A stretch of DNA of 63,999 nt, filler included, from an uncultured bacterium (GTDB lineage: Bacteria; CAZSTA01), in the NCBI GenBank assembly GCA_964609495.1. It is 6 parts of 6 records of this genome, joined end to end, with 100 filler letters (N's around TTAATTAATTAA, not from the genome) between each part and the next. Parts side by side here need not be neighbours in the genome. Positions count along the whole stretch, not along the records: positions 46,306 to 57,636 come from CAZSTA010000115.1; 5 more parts are not named here. One strand, given 5' to 3'. A program made the position numbers and the translations under genes. This document shows, piece after piece, positions 49,601 through 57,736 of this stretch; positions within the stretch are counted from its first letter, which is position 1; every line of letters starts with the position of its first letter. The notes under the pieces are model-generated. The model saw nothing but the letters and a program-made list of their open reading frames with translations. It ran no database searches and was not told the DNA's origin.

Positions 49601-51108
49601 GTAGATATCTCCAGCCCGGTTGGAGAATGAAGAGAAAGAACGATGATAAACAGATCGTTCTCCTGGAGACTGAGGGATTAACTAGAGAGGGAGAGGCTTT
49701 CGAGGTTAAAATTGAGTTTGAAGAAGGAAAGTATATTCGAGACTCCTTCAAGCTAGTTCGCGAGGACGGGGTAGTTGTGGAGCATCAGCTAGAGGATATC
49801 GAGAGGTATGCGGAGGGGACGATAAAATCCGCCACCTTAGTCTTTCTCGCTGAGGTCCCTCACGATTCCCATCGCACTTACTTCCTAGTCCATGGCGAAA
49901 ATAAGGAGGAGGATAATAGCCTCAAGTGGTATGAGGATACGCTAACTGCTGAGAACGAGTTCCTAACCCTGAGGTTCGATCCAGAGCGAGGGGGATTGAT
50001 CACCAGCTTGATCGATAAGCAAAGCGGTAAGGAAGTGATCGCTGAAGGGGGAGTGATGAGCAGAACCTTTATGTATGCCAATGAGCTCGATAAATATCTG
50101 ACAGATCAATATTCGAAAGGACAGGTCGCCCTCCTAACTTCTGGGCCGGTTAGGATTAGAGTCCTAAGTGAAGCGGATATCACTATTGATCCCTCTCTTA
50201 ATGAGGGTAGCGAGGCTTCTCCAGTCGAAGTTAAGCGAAGAAGTATATTTACCCTCTACAAAGGCAAGGACTTCGTCGAAGTTGATACTAAATTGATCTT
50301 CGATGGGGCGATCTCAGTTGGAGATAGGACGGATAAGACGATCGATAGAGATAAGCTGAAGGAAGTCGCGGAGGTAATGGATAGAACTGTGGAGGAGGTG
50401 ATAAACTCCATAACTGAGAGATTTGGCCCCGGAGGCCATCATCTCTCCGTCGGCGAGGTCGATCTAGCTGAGGAGTATTCTGGAGAGGAGATCATCCACG
50501 GTATGCCAGCTTCTGATAAGCATACTTGGACCAGAAAGATCACCAAGTTTCCATCCGATTATGAATTCCTAGGATGGGAGAATTGGTTTGCGGTCAAGAG
50601 AGATGATAAGTCCAAATTCGGAATGATGAGCCAGGGGATGGTAAGCGTTATGCACCATTCTAAAGCCTACTTCGACGATAACCTCATCTTAGGCTTCGAT
50701 GGAGGACATAACACTAAACAGGGAACTCACGGCGAGGATGAGAGACACGGTGGTTGGAAGAAGGTTTATCCCTTCCGGTATCGTTATTGCCCGGTAGAGA
50801 GGGATATCGAGGAGCTGCGAACTACCGCTAGGAAGTGGAATCATCCTCTAACCGTTGTTTCTCTACCTTATATCTCCGAGTTGGAGGATGGCCAAGCGAC
50901 GGTGACTAATCCTTCTCCCCATAAGATCGAGAATCTAACTTTGGAATGTCTATGGGTTGATGATGAGGATAATCTCTTAGACAGTGAGAGCTTGAGGATC
51001 GAGTCGATAGCCTCTCAAGAATCTGTCTCCTTAGGTTATGGCGTATCAAAGCCCGATATCATTAACTTGAGATGCAAGCGAACTCTACTCGATCAACTGA
51101 TAGTTTAA
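46675..51108 (+). CDS. Large multidomain protein with a divergent GH57-like catalytic barrel and flanking beta-sandwich domains
   Basis: Y.P...STG.T.E....P, L..RGQI, PKGCWPPE, DTE motifs; LENRYF and AENEFL.L.FDP.RGG.ITSLIDK sandwich starts. Confidence 0.62.
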   Translation: MMICDMDDNTKFQESFQLMLEAEKMISTIKLAMEDQGQSKILSSLDVEWSELIGAFEEGRKNMRFLRSNEAKPFFDKALQRGEALILKFDSLPPRVDYSAVEFEEDYVEFEEAPLDRRWWGDGDKWRWRIPLTIGNLGEVKRGDLPITLNLAEIPDHNRYNWETLRVVDQSVSSGEASSGHRELPYQLEGDELIFQVDLPPRGKKKVYLYLSDSEVPAVKYKSELSAIQKDGSVVLENRYFKWDLLRGDKGLAFKGEEERWIGSKEYLKWCAIEEGELKEPRKIMIEGVEVGPVRASALLRAKFENFAAYAKVQIYAGSRLIHINYWGDRTIDSGKMLLTWCFALHPEGTRYFVSGMFNRPASEFEEDETIGFLPTDAHLFWNDRTVQVITSRMVALAEMFEDKTVAYVYDNWDLYQKVRRGGIESHIRKDDIVQYELPPSDQIWLGNKERQGIGGILPVDDHPRCGYILFSYKGLEDIERVQQELKYLPISVPGEWERRCGKKVAVSPRVLDLLRLDKQREDIELSSLGEEAEVKISVAGELDGVELELSTSELKLAANSATEVSLYATVTGEQPAGTKQETTMKIEVEGDSIDIPLTFTWYKPIYYNWIPFSNYLYAAFRDEWLSHLMDRTYLPCLTPYKRFPEGKYDFASTGLTMELIAKDAPHIYSLLYELIARGQIIIDINTYSPDTSWFLPEGLYRLALEKSLSTVARYYSFLPKGCWPPEVMMMPSEPDTLQSVGFDYYVGFNTYRPLTVLKGIDGGGILSAGEKTDLIPINSLIGVWTREVIKSKEEALEYFEKLEKWLLEQPRDHFYYNGGMIDTEGAYRIAEQVLTWTLEAIRELPYVRCSTMIDYINKFSPVEEKKADWIYVCGNGFIHSGSPQDLELNAQNQRFYEKMFAIEKLLDISGDEVESPFLYSLYAKAWHELFLISSTETRGYSPSPARVYYGYQRTIRGELYADTLLNLLTAKYMRSRYLQPGWRMKRKNDDKQIVLLETEGLTREGEAFEVKIEFEEGKYIRDSFKLVREDGVVVEHQLEDIERYAEGTIKSATLVFLAEVPHDSHRTYFLVHGENKEEDNSLKWYEDTLTAENEFLTLRFDPERGGLITSLIDKQSGKEVIAEGGVMSRTFMYANELDKYLTDQYSKGQVALLTSGPVRIRVLSEADITIDPSLNEGSEASPVEVKRRSIFTLYKGKDFVEVDTKLIFDGAISVGDRTDKTIDRDKLKEVAEVMDRTVEEVINSITERFGPGGHHLSVGEVDLAEEYSGEEIIHGMPASDKHTWTRKITKFPSDYEFLGWENWFAVKRDDKSKFGMMSQGMVSVMHHSKAYFDDNLILGFDGGHNTKQGTHGEDERHGGWKKVYPFRYRYCPVERDIEELRTTARKWNHPLTVVSLPYISELEDGQATVTNPSPHKIENLTLECLWVDDEDNLLDSESLRIESIASQESVSLGYGVSKPDIINLRCKRTLLDQLIV

Positions 51109-51154
51109 TCGCTAAGGGATACTAGAGATTTTACGATCATCCCCAATTGAGAGG

Positions 51155-51183
51155 TTGACATATCTCGAATTATACGCTATAAT
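51155..51183 (+). promoter_or_regulatory. Consensus sigma70 promoter
   Basis: TTGACA-17bp-TATAAT. Confidence 0.8.
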
Positions 51184-51239
51184 TAATCCATAAAAATTCC
51201 AGATATATTTCTTTCTGAATTTATAACGCAAAGAAGGAG

Positions 51240-53096
51240 TTGATATTGTTGCCCAAAATAACTTATCAGCAATATGTGGATAAGGTCTTAGGAGGTTGGT
51301 TGGGGAAATTCATCGGAGGGACGATAGGTGGCCCAGTAGAGGGGCAGAGGAAGATACACAACTTCACTTATTATCAGGAGATCCCCACCGAGGCCGCCTA
51401 TAATGATGATACCGATTTCCAACTGGTGTGGTTGAAGGTGATGCAGGAGAAAGGCATCTATATCGATAGCGAGGATCTGATGGAAGCTTGGATGAAATAC
51501 ATAACCTATCCTTGGTGCGAGTATGGATATGCTATGGAGAACTTCAAGAAGGGTATTATGCCCCCGGACTCAGGCTGGTTCAATAACGACTTTTTTATGG
51601 AGTGTATGGGATGTCCGATTCGCTCTGAGATCTGGGGATTCGTCTGCCCAGGCAATCCTGCTTTAGCCGCCCAATATGCTCAGCAAGACGGAGTATTAGA
51701 TCACGCTTTGAATAGCGTCTGGGCGGAGATGTTTCTAGCGGCGATAGAAGCCTCCGCCTTCTTCGAGAGCGATCCTAAAAAGCTTTTGGAGATCGGATTA
51801 AATGAGATCCCCGAGGATTGCCGCTTAGCGGAGTGCATCAATGATGTGATGGAGTGGTGCGAGGAATATGACAATTGGAAATATACTCGCCAACTCATTG
51901 TGGATAAGTATGGAAGCCCTGATCCGACCTATTCGCTCCAGAATCAGGGATTTATCGCTATGGCTCTGCTATACGCTAACAATGATTTCGAGAAAGTGAT
52001 CCTCTTAACCGTGAATAGCGGTTACGATACCGATTGCACTTGTGCTACTGCGGGAGCGATCGTGGGAGTGGCGATCGGAGCAGAAGCGATCCCCGCTAGG
52101 TGGAAGGATCCTATTCACGATGACTTCGTTATGGGGTGGGGAATCGTGAATTTAGATCGAGTTAATAAGCTATCCGAGCTGACCAAGGAGACTTGTGAGG
52201 TTGGAGTAGCTATCGCTAAGACTCGTAATAAAGAGGTCGAGATAACCGACGTTCCCCAGGATATAAGGAAGATCAAGGCTGATATTCCCCGGGTAGATTA
52301 CGAGTTAGATATTGACTACTGTGGTAAACCCAGCATTCACGTGGGGGAGGAAAAGCAACTCGCTCTGATAGTCTGCAATAACACTTTAGATCCCCTGAGG
52401 GGGAAGGTAACCGTTAATCTTCCTCCCCAGTTGCAAATGGATGGGGTCTCATGTCCAATTGATATTCCCGCGGAGGACTGTGGGCGTTTGGAATTCTCCG
52501 TGACTATGGCTGAGGATTCAGAGGAGATATCGCCGGTAAATAAGATCGAGGCTGTGCTTACTCATAATGATGAGACTTTAGCTTCGCTCACCTTCGGATT
52601 ATCCGGAGCGCCAGTTTGGGCGGTGTTAGGGCCTTTTAATAATGATGATGGACAGGGGCTAGATGAAGCTTATCTACCCGAACCGAATGTGGATTTCGAT
52701 ACTCATCCCGATCCTGACAAGGAGCCTTTATTCGAGAGAAAATTGGTTATTTTCCCAGAGTATAATATGGATCTTGATAGTGTATTCGAAATACGCGGTC
52801 CTTTAGTTATATATCTAGTCCGCTATATCAATTCTCCTGAGCAACGTAAAGCTAGGTTCAGGATCGCAAGCGATGACGGATTTAAAGTATGGCTTAATGG
52901 TGAGAAGTTGATCTCCAAGCATATTCATCGCTTCCCAATGCCCTATAATGATATGGTGGAGGTAACCCTGAGAAAGGGTCTTAATAAGATCCTCATCAAG
53001 ACCTGTCGCTGTAGCAACCAATGTGAGTTCAGATTCTATATCACTGATCTCAAGGATCATGGGTTGGTGGACGTGACCACTGTAATTCCTAAGTAG
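51240..53096 (+). CDS. ADP-ribosylglycohydrolase-family protein with C-terminal PA14-like domain
   Basis: GGWLGK.IGG.IG.PVE, NDDTD, IRSE.WG..PG.P, GYDTDC..ATAG; C-terminal SDDG.KVWLNG..L.KG.N. Confidence 0.88.
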   Translation: MILLPKITYQQYVDKVLGGWLGKFIGGTIGGPVEGQRKIHNFTYYQEIPTEAAYNDDTDFQLVWLKVMQEKGIYIDSEDLMEAWMKYITYPWCEYGYAMENFKKGIMPPDSGWFNNDFFMECMGCPIRSEIWGFVCPGNPALAAQYAQQDGVLDHALNSVWAEMFLAAIEASAFFESDPKKLLEIGLNEIPEDCRLAECINDVMEWCEEYDNWKYTRQLIVDKYGSPDPTYSLQNQGFIAMALLYANNDFEKVILLTVNSGYDTDCTCATAGAIVGVAIGAEAIPARWKDPIHDDFVMGWGIVNLDRVNKLSELTKETCEVGVAIAKTRNKEVEITDVPQDIRKIKADIPRVDYELDIDYCGKPSIHVGEEKQLALIVCNNTLDPLRGKVTVNLPPQLQMDGVSCPIDIPAEDCGRLEFSVTMAEDSEEISPVNKIEAVLTHNDETLASLTFGLSGAPVWAVLGPFNNDDGQGLDEAYLPEPNVDFDTHPDPDKEPLFERKLVIFPEYNMDLDSVFEIRGPLVIYLVRYINSPEQRKARFRIASDDGFKVWLNGEKLISKHIHRFPMPYNDMVEVTLRKGLNKILIKTCRCSNQCEFRFYITDLKDHGLVDVTTVIPK

Positions 53097-53208
53097 TTAC
53101 GGCTATTACCAATTATAACTTGGAGGAGGTGATAAATAGAATAGCTATTTTTAAGGTTGGGATATATTTAATTCGACAAAATTAAGGTAAAATTAGGAGG
53201 TGTTTATC

Positions 53209-54495
53209 TTGAAGAAAGCTAGCTTCAAGATCGGAGTCTTGCTCGTGGCGGTAATTTTGCTGGGAACTTACTCGACAGCTTTAGCCGCGACCACTATAAG
53301 GTTCAACGTCAACCATGGAATAGAGGATGAGCCTCTCTTCGAGGAAGTAGCCGCTAATTTCGAGAAGGCGAATCCCGATGTAAAAGTGGAATTCCAGAAT
53401 ACAGCCTCTGGTGATGATTACTATCAGAAGCTGACGGTTATGGCCGCAGGAGGCACCTTGCCCGATGTCTTCTATATGCGTGGTGGCTCTGGCGATATGA
53501 GATACTATAAGAAGAACGTTGCCTATAATTTGGATGAATTGGTCGAAAGGGATAAGGATGAGATCAATTTCTCCGATTTCCTTGAATCTCAATTGCCCGA
53601 ATTGAAGTATGATGGACATTACCGAGCTTTGCCCTATGACTACTCCACTCTGGGTATATATTACAACAAAAGCCTCTTTGATGAAGCAGGAGTAGCTTAT
53701 CCCTCTGACGATATGACCTGGGAGGATGTGTTGGAGCTCGCCTTGAAATTGAGCAAGGACGATGCCAAAGGACGAAGGATTCAGTGGGGCTTAGCTATTG
53801 TTCCTAACTCGGGTAACCACCATTGGTACGAGGGCTTCATTATGACCGAGGGCGGAAGCATATTCAACGATGATTATACCAAATGTGTAATAGATTCTCC
53901 TGAGAGTATGGCCGTGGTTAAAATGTGGGCTGAATTTGTAACCAAATATAAGGTCACTCCAGCCCCGGGCGAAGTTGGTCAGGAGAATCCTTACTTCACC
54001 GGTCGAGCCGCTATGACGATAGATGGCTCTTGGGCGACGATGGTTCATAGGCGTCTATCTGGTTTCCCCTTCGATGTTGCTATGTTGCCCAAAGGAAAGG
54101 ATGGCGGGCGAGTGATAAGTGCTACCGGAGGTAGCTGGGCGATAGCCATCAATGAGAAGAACATTGAGGAAGCCTGGGCATTCGTTAAATACCTTACTGA
54201 TGTAGAGGCTACTCGGATCTTGATCGTCGAACCTATAAGAAGTCTGCCCTCCAGAAAATCTCTTATCCCGGAATGGACGGAGAAGATAGCGGGAGGAGGT
54301 TTAGATCCGAAGAATGCGGGGATCTTCGGAACTCAGGTGGTAGAATATGGGAGAAACTCCCCCACAGTGACCTATGATTATCTCTTCGTCCTAAACAATA
54401 AGTTGCCCCTGGCAAACACGGGTGAGAGGCCGGTAGAGGAGATAGTGAAAGGGATCGCTGATGAGATAAATAAGTTGATCGCTGAAGAGAAGTAA
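53209..54495 (+). CDS. Sugar ABC transporter substrate-binding protein (CUT1)
   Basis: Likely TTG start after AGGAGG; AAGGTLPDV, YYNKSLFDEAG, AWAFVKYL. Confidence 0.92.
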   Translation: MKKASFKIGVLLVAVILLGTYSTALAATTIRFNVNHGIEDEPLFEEVAANFEKANPDVKVEFQNTASGDDYYQKLTVMAAGGTLPDVFYMRGGSGDMRYYKKNVAYNLDELVERDKDEINFSDFLESQLPELKYDGHYRALPYDYSTLGIYYNKSLFDEAGVAYPSDDMTWEDVLELALKLSKDDAKGRRIQWGLAIVPNSGNHHWYEGFIMTEGGSIFNDDYTKCVIDSPESMAVVKMWAEFVTKYKVTPAPGEVGQENPYFTGRAAMTIDGSWATMVHRRLSGFPFDVAMLPKGKDGGRVISATGGSWAIAINEKNIEEAWAFVKYLTDVEATRILIVEPIRSLPSRKSLIPEWTEKIAGGGLDPKNAGIFGTQVVEYGRNSPTVTYDYLFVLNNKLPLANTGERPVEEIVKGIADEINKLIAEEK

Positions 54496-54507
54496 CAATT
54501 TAATCGG

Positions 54508-54538
54508 AGGGATATCGGAGCTAAGCTCTGATATCCCT
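54508..54538 (+). terminator. Hairpin after the binding-protein gene
   Basis: AGGGATATCGGAGC-TAA-GCTCTGATATCCCT. Confidence 0.65.
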
Positions 54539-54604
54539 TACCTTACACAATGTAGTTTAGCCGAAATTTAAGCAATTATATTAAAAATAAGGTAGGGAGA
54601 TAAA

Positions 54605-55510
54605 ATGGCTCTTATGAAATCTAAACTGGAGAGAAGAGAGGCTATGGTTGGTTATCTTCTCCTTCTTCCCTGGATCATCAGCTTCGTTATTTTTCTCTCC
54701 GGACCAATTTTAGTCTCCTTTGGTTTGAGTTTTTTCGAATACGATGTGATCAATCCTCCTAAGTTCATTGGTATTCAGAACTATAAGACGATGATATCTG
54801 ATGATCCCCTATTCTGGCAATCCTTCAAAGTGACAGCTATATATACTGTTACCTCTGTTCCTCTGAGATTAGTGGGAGCTTTAGCGGTGGCTATACTGCT
54901 GAATCAAAAGATAAGGGGAATTCCCTGGTTCAGAACTGTATTTTATCTGCCAGCAGTAGTCTCGGGAGTAGCGGTAGCGCTACTTTGGTCATGGGTGTTT
55001 AACCCTAATTTTGGCGTTCTCAATTATCTCTTAGATAAAATAGGAATTCAGGGCCCAGCTTGGCTGGGAAGTGAGAGATGGGCGTTACCAGCCTTTATCA
55101 TAATGAGTTTGTGGAGCCTCGGAGGAGGGATGCTCATCTTTTTAGCGGGTCTTCAATCCATTCCTACCCAGCTTTATGAGGCTTCGGAGATAGATGGCGC
55201 AAATTGGTGGAGTAAATTCTGGAAGATAACTATACCTATGCTCACCCCTACTATATTCTTCAACTTAGTGATGGGCATAATCGGCACCTGGCAGGTCTTT
55301 ACCGCCGCTTACGTTATGACTCAGGGTGGCCCAAACTACGCTACCCTGTTCTATATGTTCTATCTTTACAAGAACGCCTTTGTTTGGTTCAAGATGGGCT
55401 ATGCCTCGGCTCTCGCCTGGTTACTATTCTTAGTTATATTAATCTGCACTCTGGCAGTCTTCAAATCATCGCCGATGTGGGTATATTATGAGGCGGAGAG
55501 AAGGAGATAA
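54605..55510 (+). CDS. Sugar ABC transporter permease
   Basis: LAGLQSIP.QLYEASEIDGA; MGYASALAW. Confidence 0.95.
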   Translation: MALMKSKLERREAMVGYLLLLPWIISFVIFLSGPILVSFGLSFFEYDVINPPKFIGIQNYKTMISDDPLFWQSFKVTAIYTVTSVPLRLVGALAVAILLNQKIRGIPWFRTVFYLPAVVSGVAVALLWSWVFNPNFGVLNYLLDKIGIQGPAWLGSERWALPAFIIMSLWSLGGGMLIFLAGLQSIPTQLYEASEIDGANWWSKFWKITIPMLTPTIFFNLVMGIIGTWQVFTAAYVMTQGGPNYATLFYMFYLYKNAFVWFKMGYASALAWLLFLVILICTLAVFKSSPMWVYYEAERRR

Positions 55511-55512
55511 TT

Positions 55513-56376
55513 ATGGTTGGAGATAAACATGGTTATTTGTCTAGCAAGCGAAGATTGACTATTATGACTCGAACTTTAGCCTATACTTTGTGCATCATCG
55601 GTGGGGCTATATTGATGATCCCCTTTCTATGGATGCTCTCCACTAGCTTAAAGCAATCTCAGCAGATATTCAAATATCCGATAATTTGGCTACCTAACCC
55701 CATCGTTTGGCGTAACTATATCGACGCTTTCAATGCCGTCCCTTTTCTTCGTTATATTAGAAATACTATCGTTATCACCTTCTCCTCCATATTAGGAGAT
55801 ATAATAACCTGCTCTTTAGTAGCTTACAGCTTTGCCCGATTGAGATATCCTGGGAGGGATTTTCTCTTCATACTTCTCCTCTCCACCTTGATGATCCCCT
55901 ATCCAGTAACGTTGATCCCGACCTTTCTAATTTACAAATACTTGAATTGGATCGATACCTATATACCACTTATCCTCCCGGCATACTTCGCTTATCCTTT
56001 CTGGGTTTTCCTCTTGCGTCAATATCTTATGACGATTCCCCTGGAGTTGGATGACGCGGCTAAGATCGATGGTTGTGGATATCTCAACACTTACCTCAGA
56101 ATCCTCTTTCCCCTTTCCAAACCAGTCCTGACCACTATCGCTATCTTCTCCTTTATGGCTCACTGGAACGATTTCCTAAGGCCATTAATTTATATTAACA
56201 CTTCTTCCAAATACACCTTAGCATTGGGATTAAGATCCTTTCAGGGACTCTATTTAACCAGATGGGAATTGGTAATGGCGGCCTCGGTGATAGCGATGAT
56301 GCCCTGTTTAATTATCTTCTTTTTTGCTCAAAAGTATTTTATTCAAGGGATAGTGATCAGCGGGGTTAAGGGATAA
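55513..56376 (+). CDS. Sugar ABC transporter permease
   Basis: IP.ELDDAAKIDG, WNDFL.PL, FIQGI..SGVKG. Confidence 0.95.
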   Translation: MVGDKHGYLSSKRRLTIMTRTLAYTLCIIGGAILMIPFLWMLSTSLKQSQQIFKYPIIWLPNPIVWRNYIDAFNAVPFLRYIRNTIVITFSSILGDIITCSLVAYSFARLRYPGRDFLFILLLSTLMIPYPVTLIPTFLIYKYLNWIDTYIPLILPAYFAYPFWVFLLRQYLMTIPLELDDAAKIDGCGYLNTYLRILFPLSKPVLTTIAIFSFMAHWNDFLRPLIYINTSSKYTLALGLRSFQGLYLTRWELVMAASVIAMMPCLIIFFFAQKYFIQGIVISGVKG

Positions 56377-56405
56377 ACTCCTTCAGCTATATATCCAAAA
56401 TCGAG

Positions 56406-57636
56406 GTGATAATAGTTCGATCTAGGAAGCTAGTTAAGAAAACGAGAAGATTATTGGAGACCGAGATCGGGACCAAGTTCAAGGGCGAAGCTTTTATATC
56501 CTTCGCCCTTGTCTATCCTAACACCTATTATGTAGGAATGTCCAATCTCGGCTTTCAGACTATATACTCTATATTAAACAAGAGAGTGAACACTTATTGC
56601 GAAAGAGCATTCCTTCCTGATAGAGAGGATCTAAAAGAGTATATACGAACAGATACTCCCCTTTTTTCCGTGGAGAGCCGAAGGCCCCTTCACAAGTTTG
56701 ATATTATCGGCTTTTCCCTCTCTTACGAATTAGATTACTCCAACCTTCTTCAGATATTAACTCTCGCGAGAATCCCCTGGTTGGCGAGGGACCGAAATGA
56801 GAGTTATCCCCTGATTATCGCTGGCGGGGCTTGTGCAACCTTCAATCCCGAACCATTAGCAGAGGTGATCGATCTCTTCATCATCGGGGAGGGTGAGGAG
56901 GTGATCAATGATATCCTAGATATCTACTTTGACAAGGGACACGGGAAAAATCGAGATGAACTCCTGAACGATCTGGCTCAAATAAAGGGAGTTTATATCC
57001 CTCGCTTCTATCATATCGAATATGACTCGGAGGGGAGAGTTTCCAGGATAGCGACTAAGAGGGATGTTCCTCTTCCTGTAGAGCGTCGCTGGATCGATGA
57101 TCTATCCCGCTACTCGGCTACCTCCTCTATTATAACCCCTAATACCGAGTTCTCGAGTATGTATCTGGTGGAGATTACTCGCGGTTGTCCTCATGGCTGT
57201 CGCTTCTGTGCGGCAGGATATTGTTATCTGCCACCACGAAGGAGAAGCTTAGAACAGGTATTGGAGTTATGCCAAAGAGGACTTAAGATAACCTCGAGAA
57301 TAGGATTAGTCGGTTCTGCGGTCTCCGATTATCCTCAGTTAGAGGAGTTATATAGGGAACTGCTTAAACTGGGCGCTCAAGTCTCCTTAGCCTCCCTCAG
57401 AGCAGATTCTCTGACTGAGGGATTAATCTCCCTTCTTGCTGAAGGTGGACAGCGCACTGTGACCTTAGCGGCTGAAACTGGCTCCGATCGCTTGCGAAAA
57501 GCTATCGGAAAGAGGATGGAAACAGAACGCCTCCTCGAAGTTGTAGAGATGATTTATAAAAATGATATTCCTTATCTTAAGCTTTATTTTATGTTGGGCT
57601 TGCCGACCGAGGAGTGGGAAGATATCGAGGCTATTG
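56406..57636 (+). CDS. Radical SAM protein with B12-binding-like N-terminus (TIGR03960-like), 3' truncated
   Basis: YPN.YYVGMSNLG, CERAF.P, NPEP, RGCPHGCRFC, KLYFMLGLP. Confidence 0.88.
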
Positions 57637-57736
57637 NNNNNNNNNNNNNNNNNNNNNNNNNNNNNNNNNNNNNNNNNNNNTTAATTAATTAANNNNNNNN
57701 NNNNNNNNNNNNNNNNNNNNNNNNNNNNNNNNNNNN
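57637..57736. other. Artificial contig linker
   Basis: N44-TTAATTAATTAA-N44. Confidence 0.98.

Noticed and set aside
11641-57736. Five identical TTAATTAATTAA motifs spaced about 11.4 kb apart
   Set aside because: Artificial all-frame-stop linkers inside N runs; contigs are size-sorted, so the periodicity and cross-gap adjacency are not biological.
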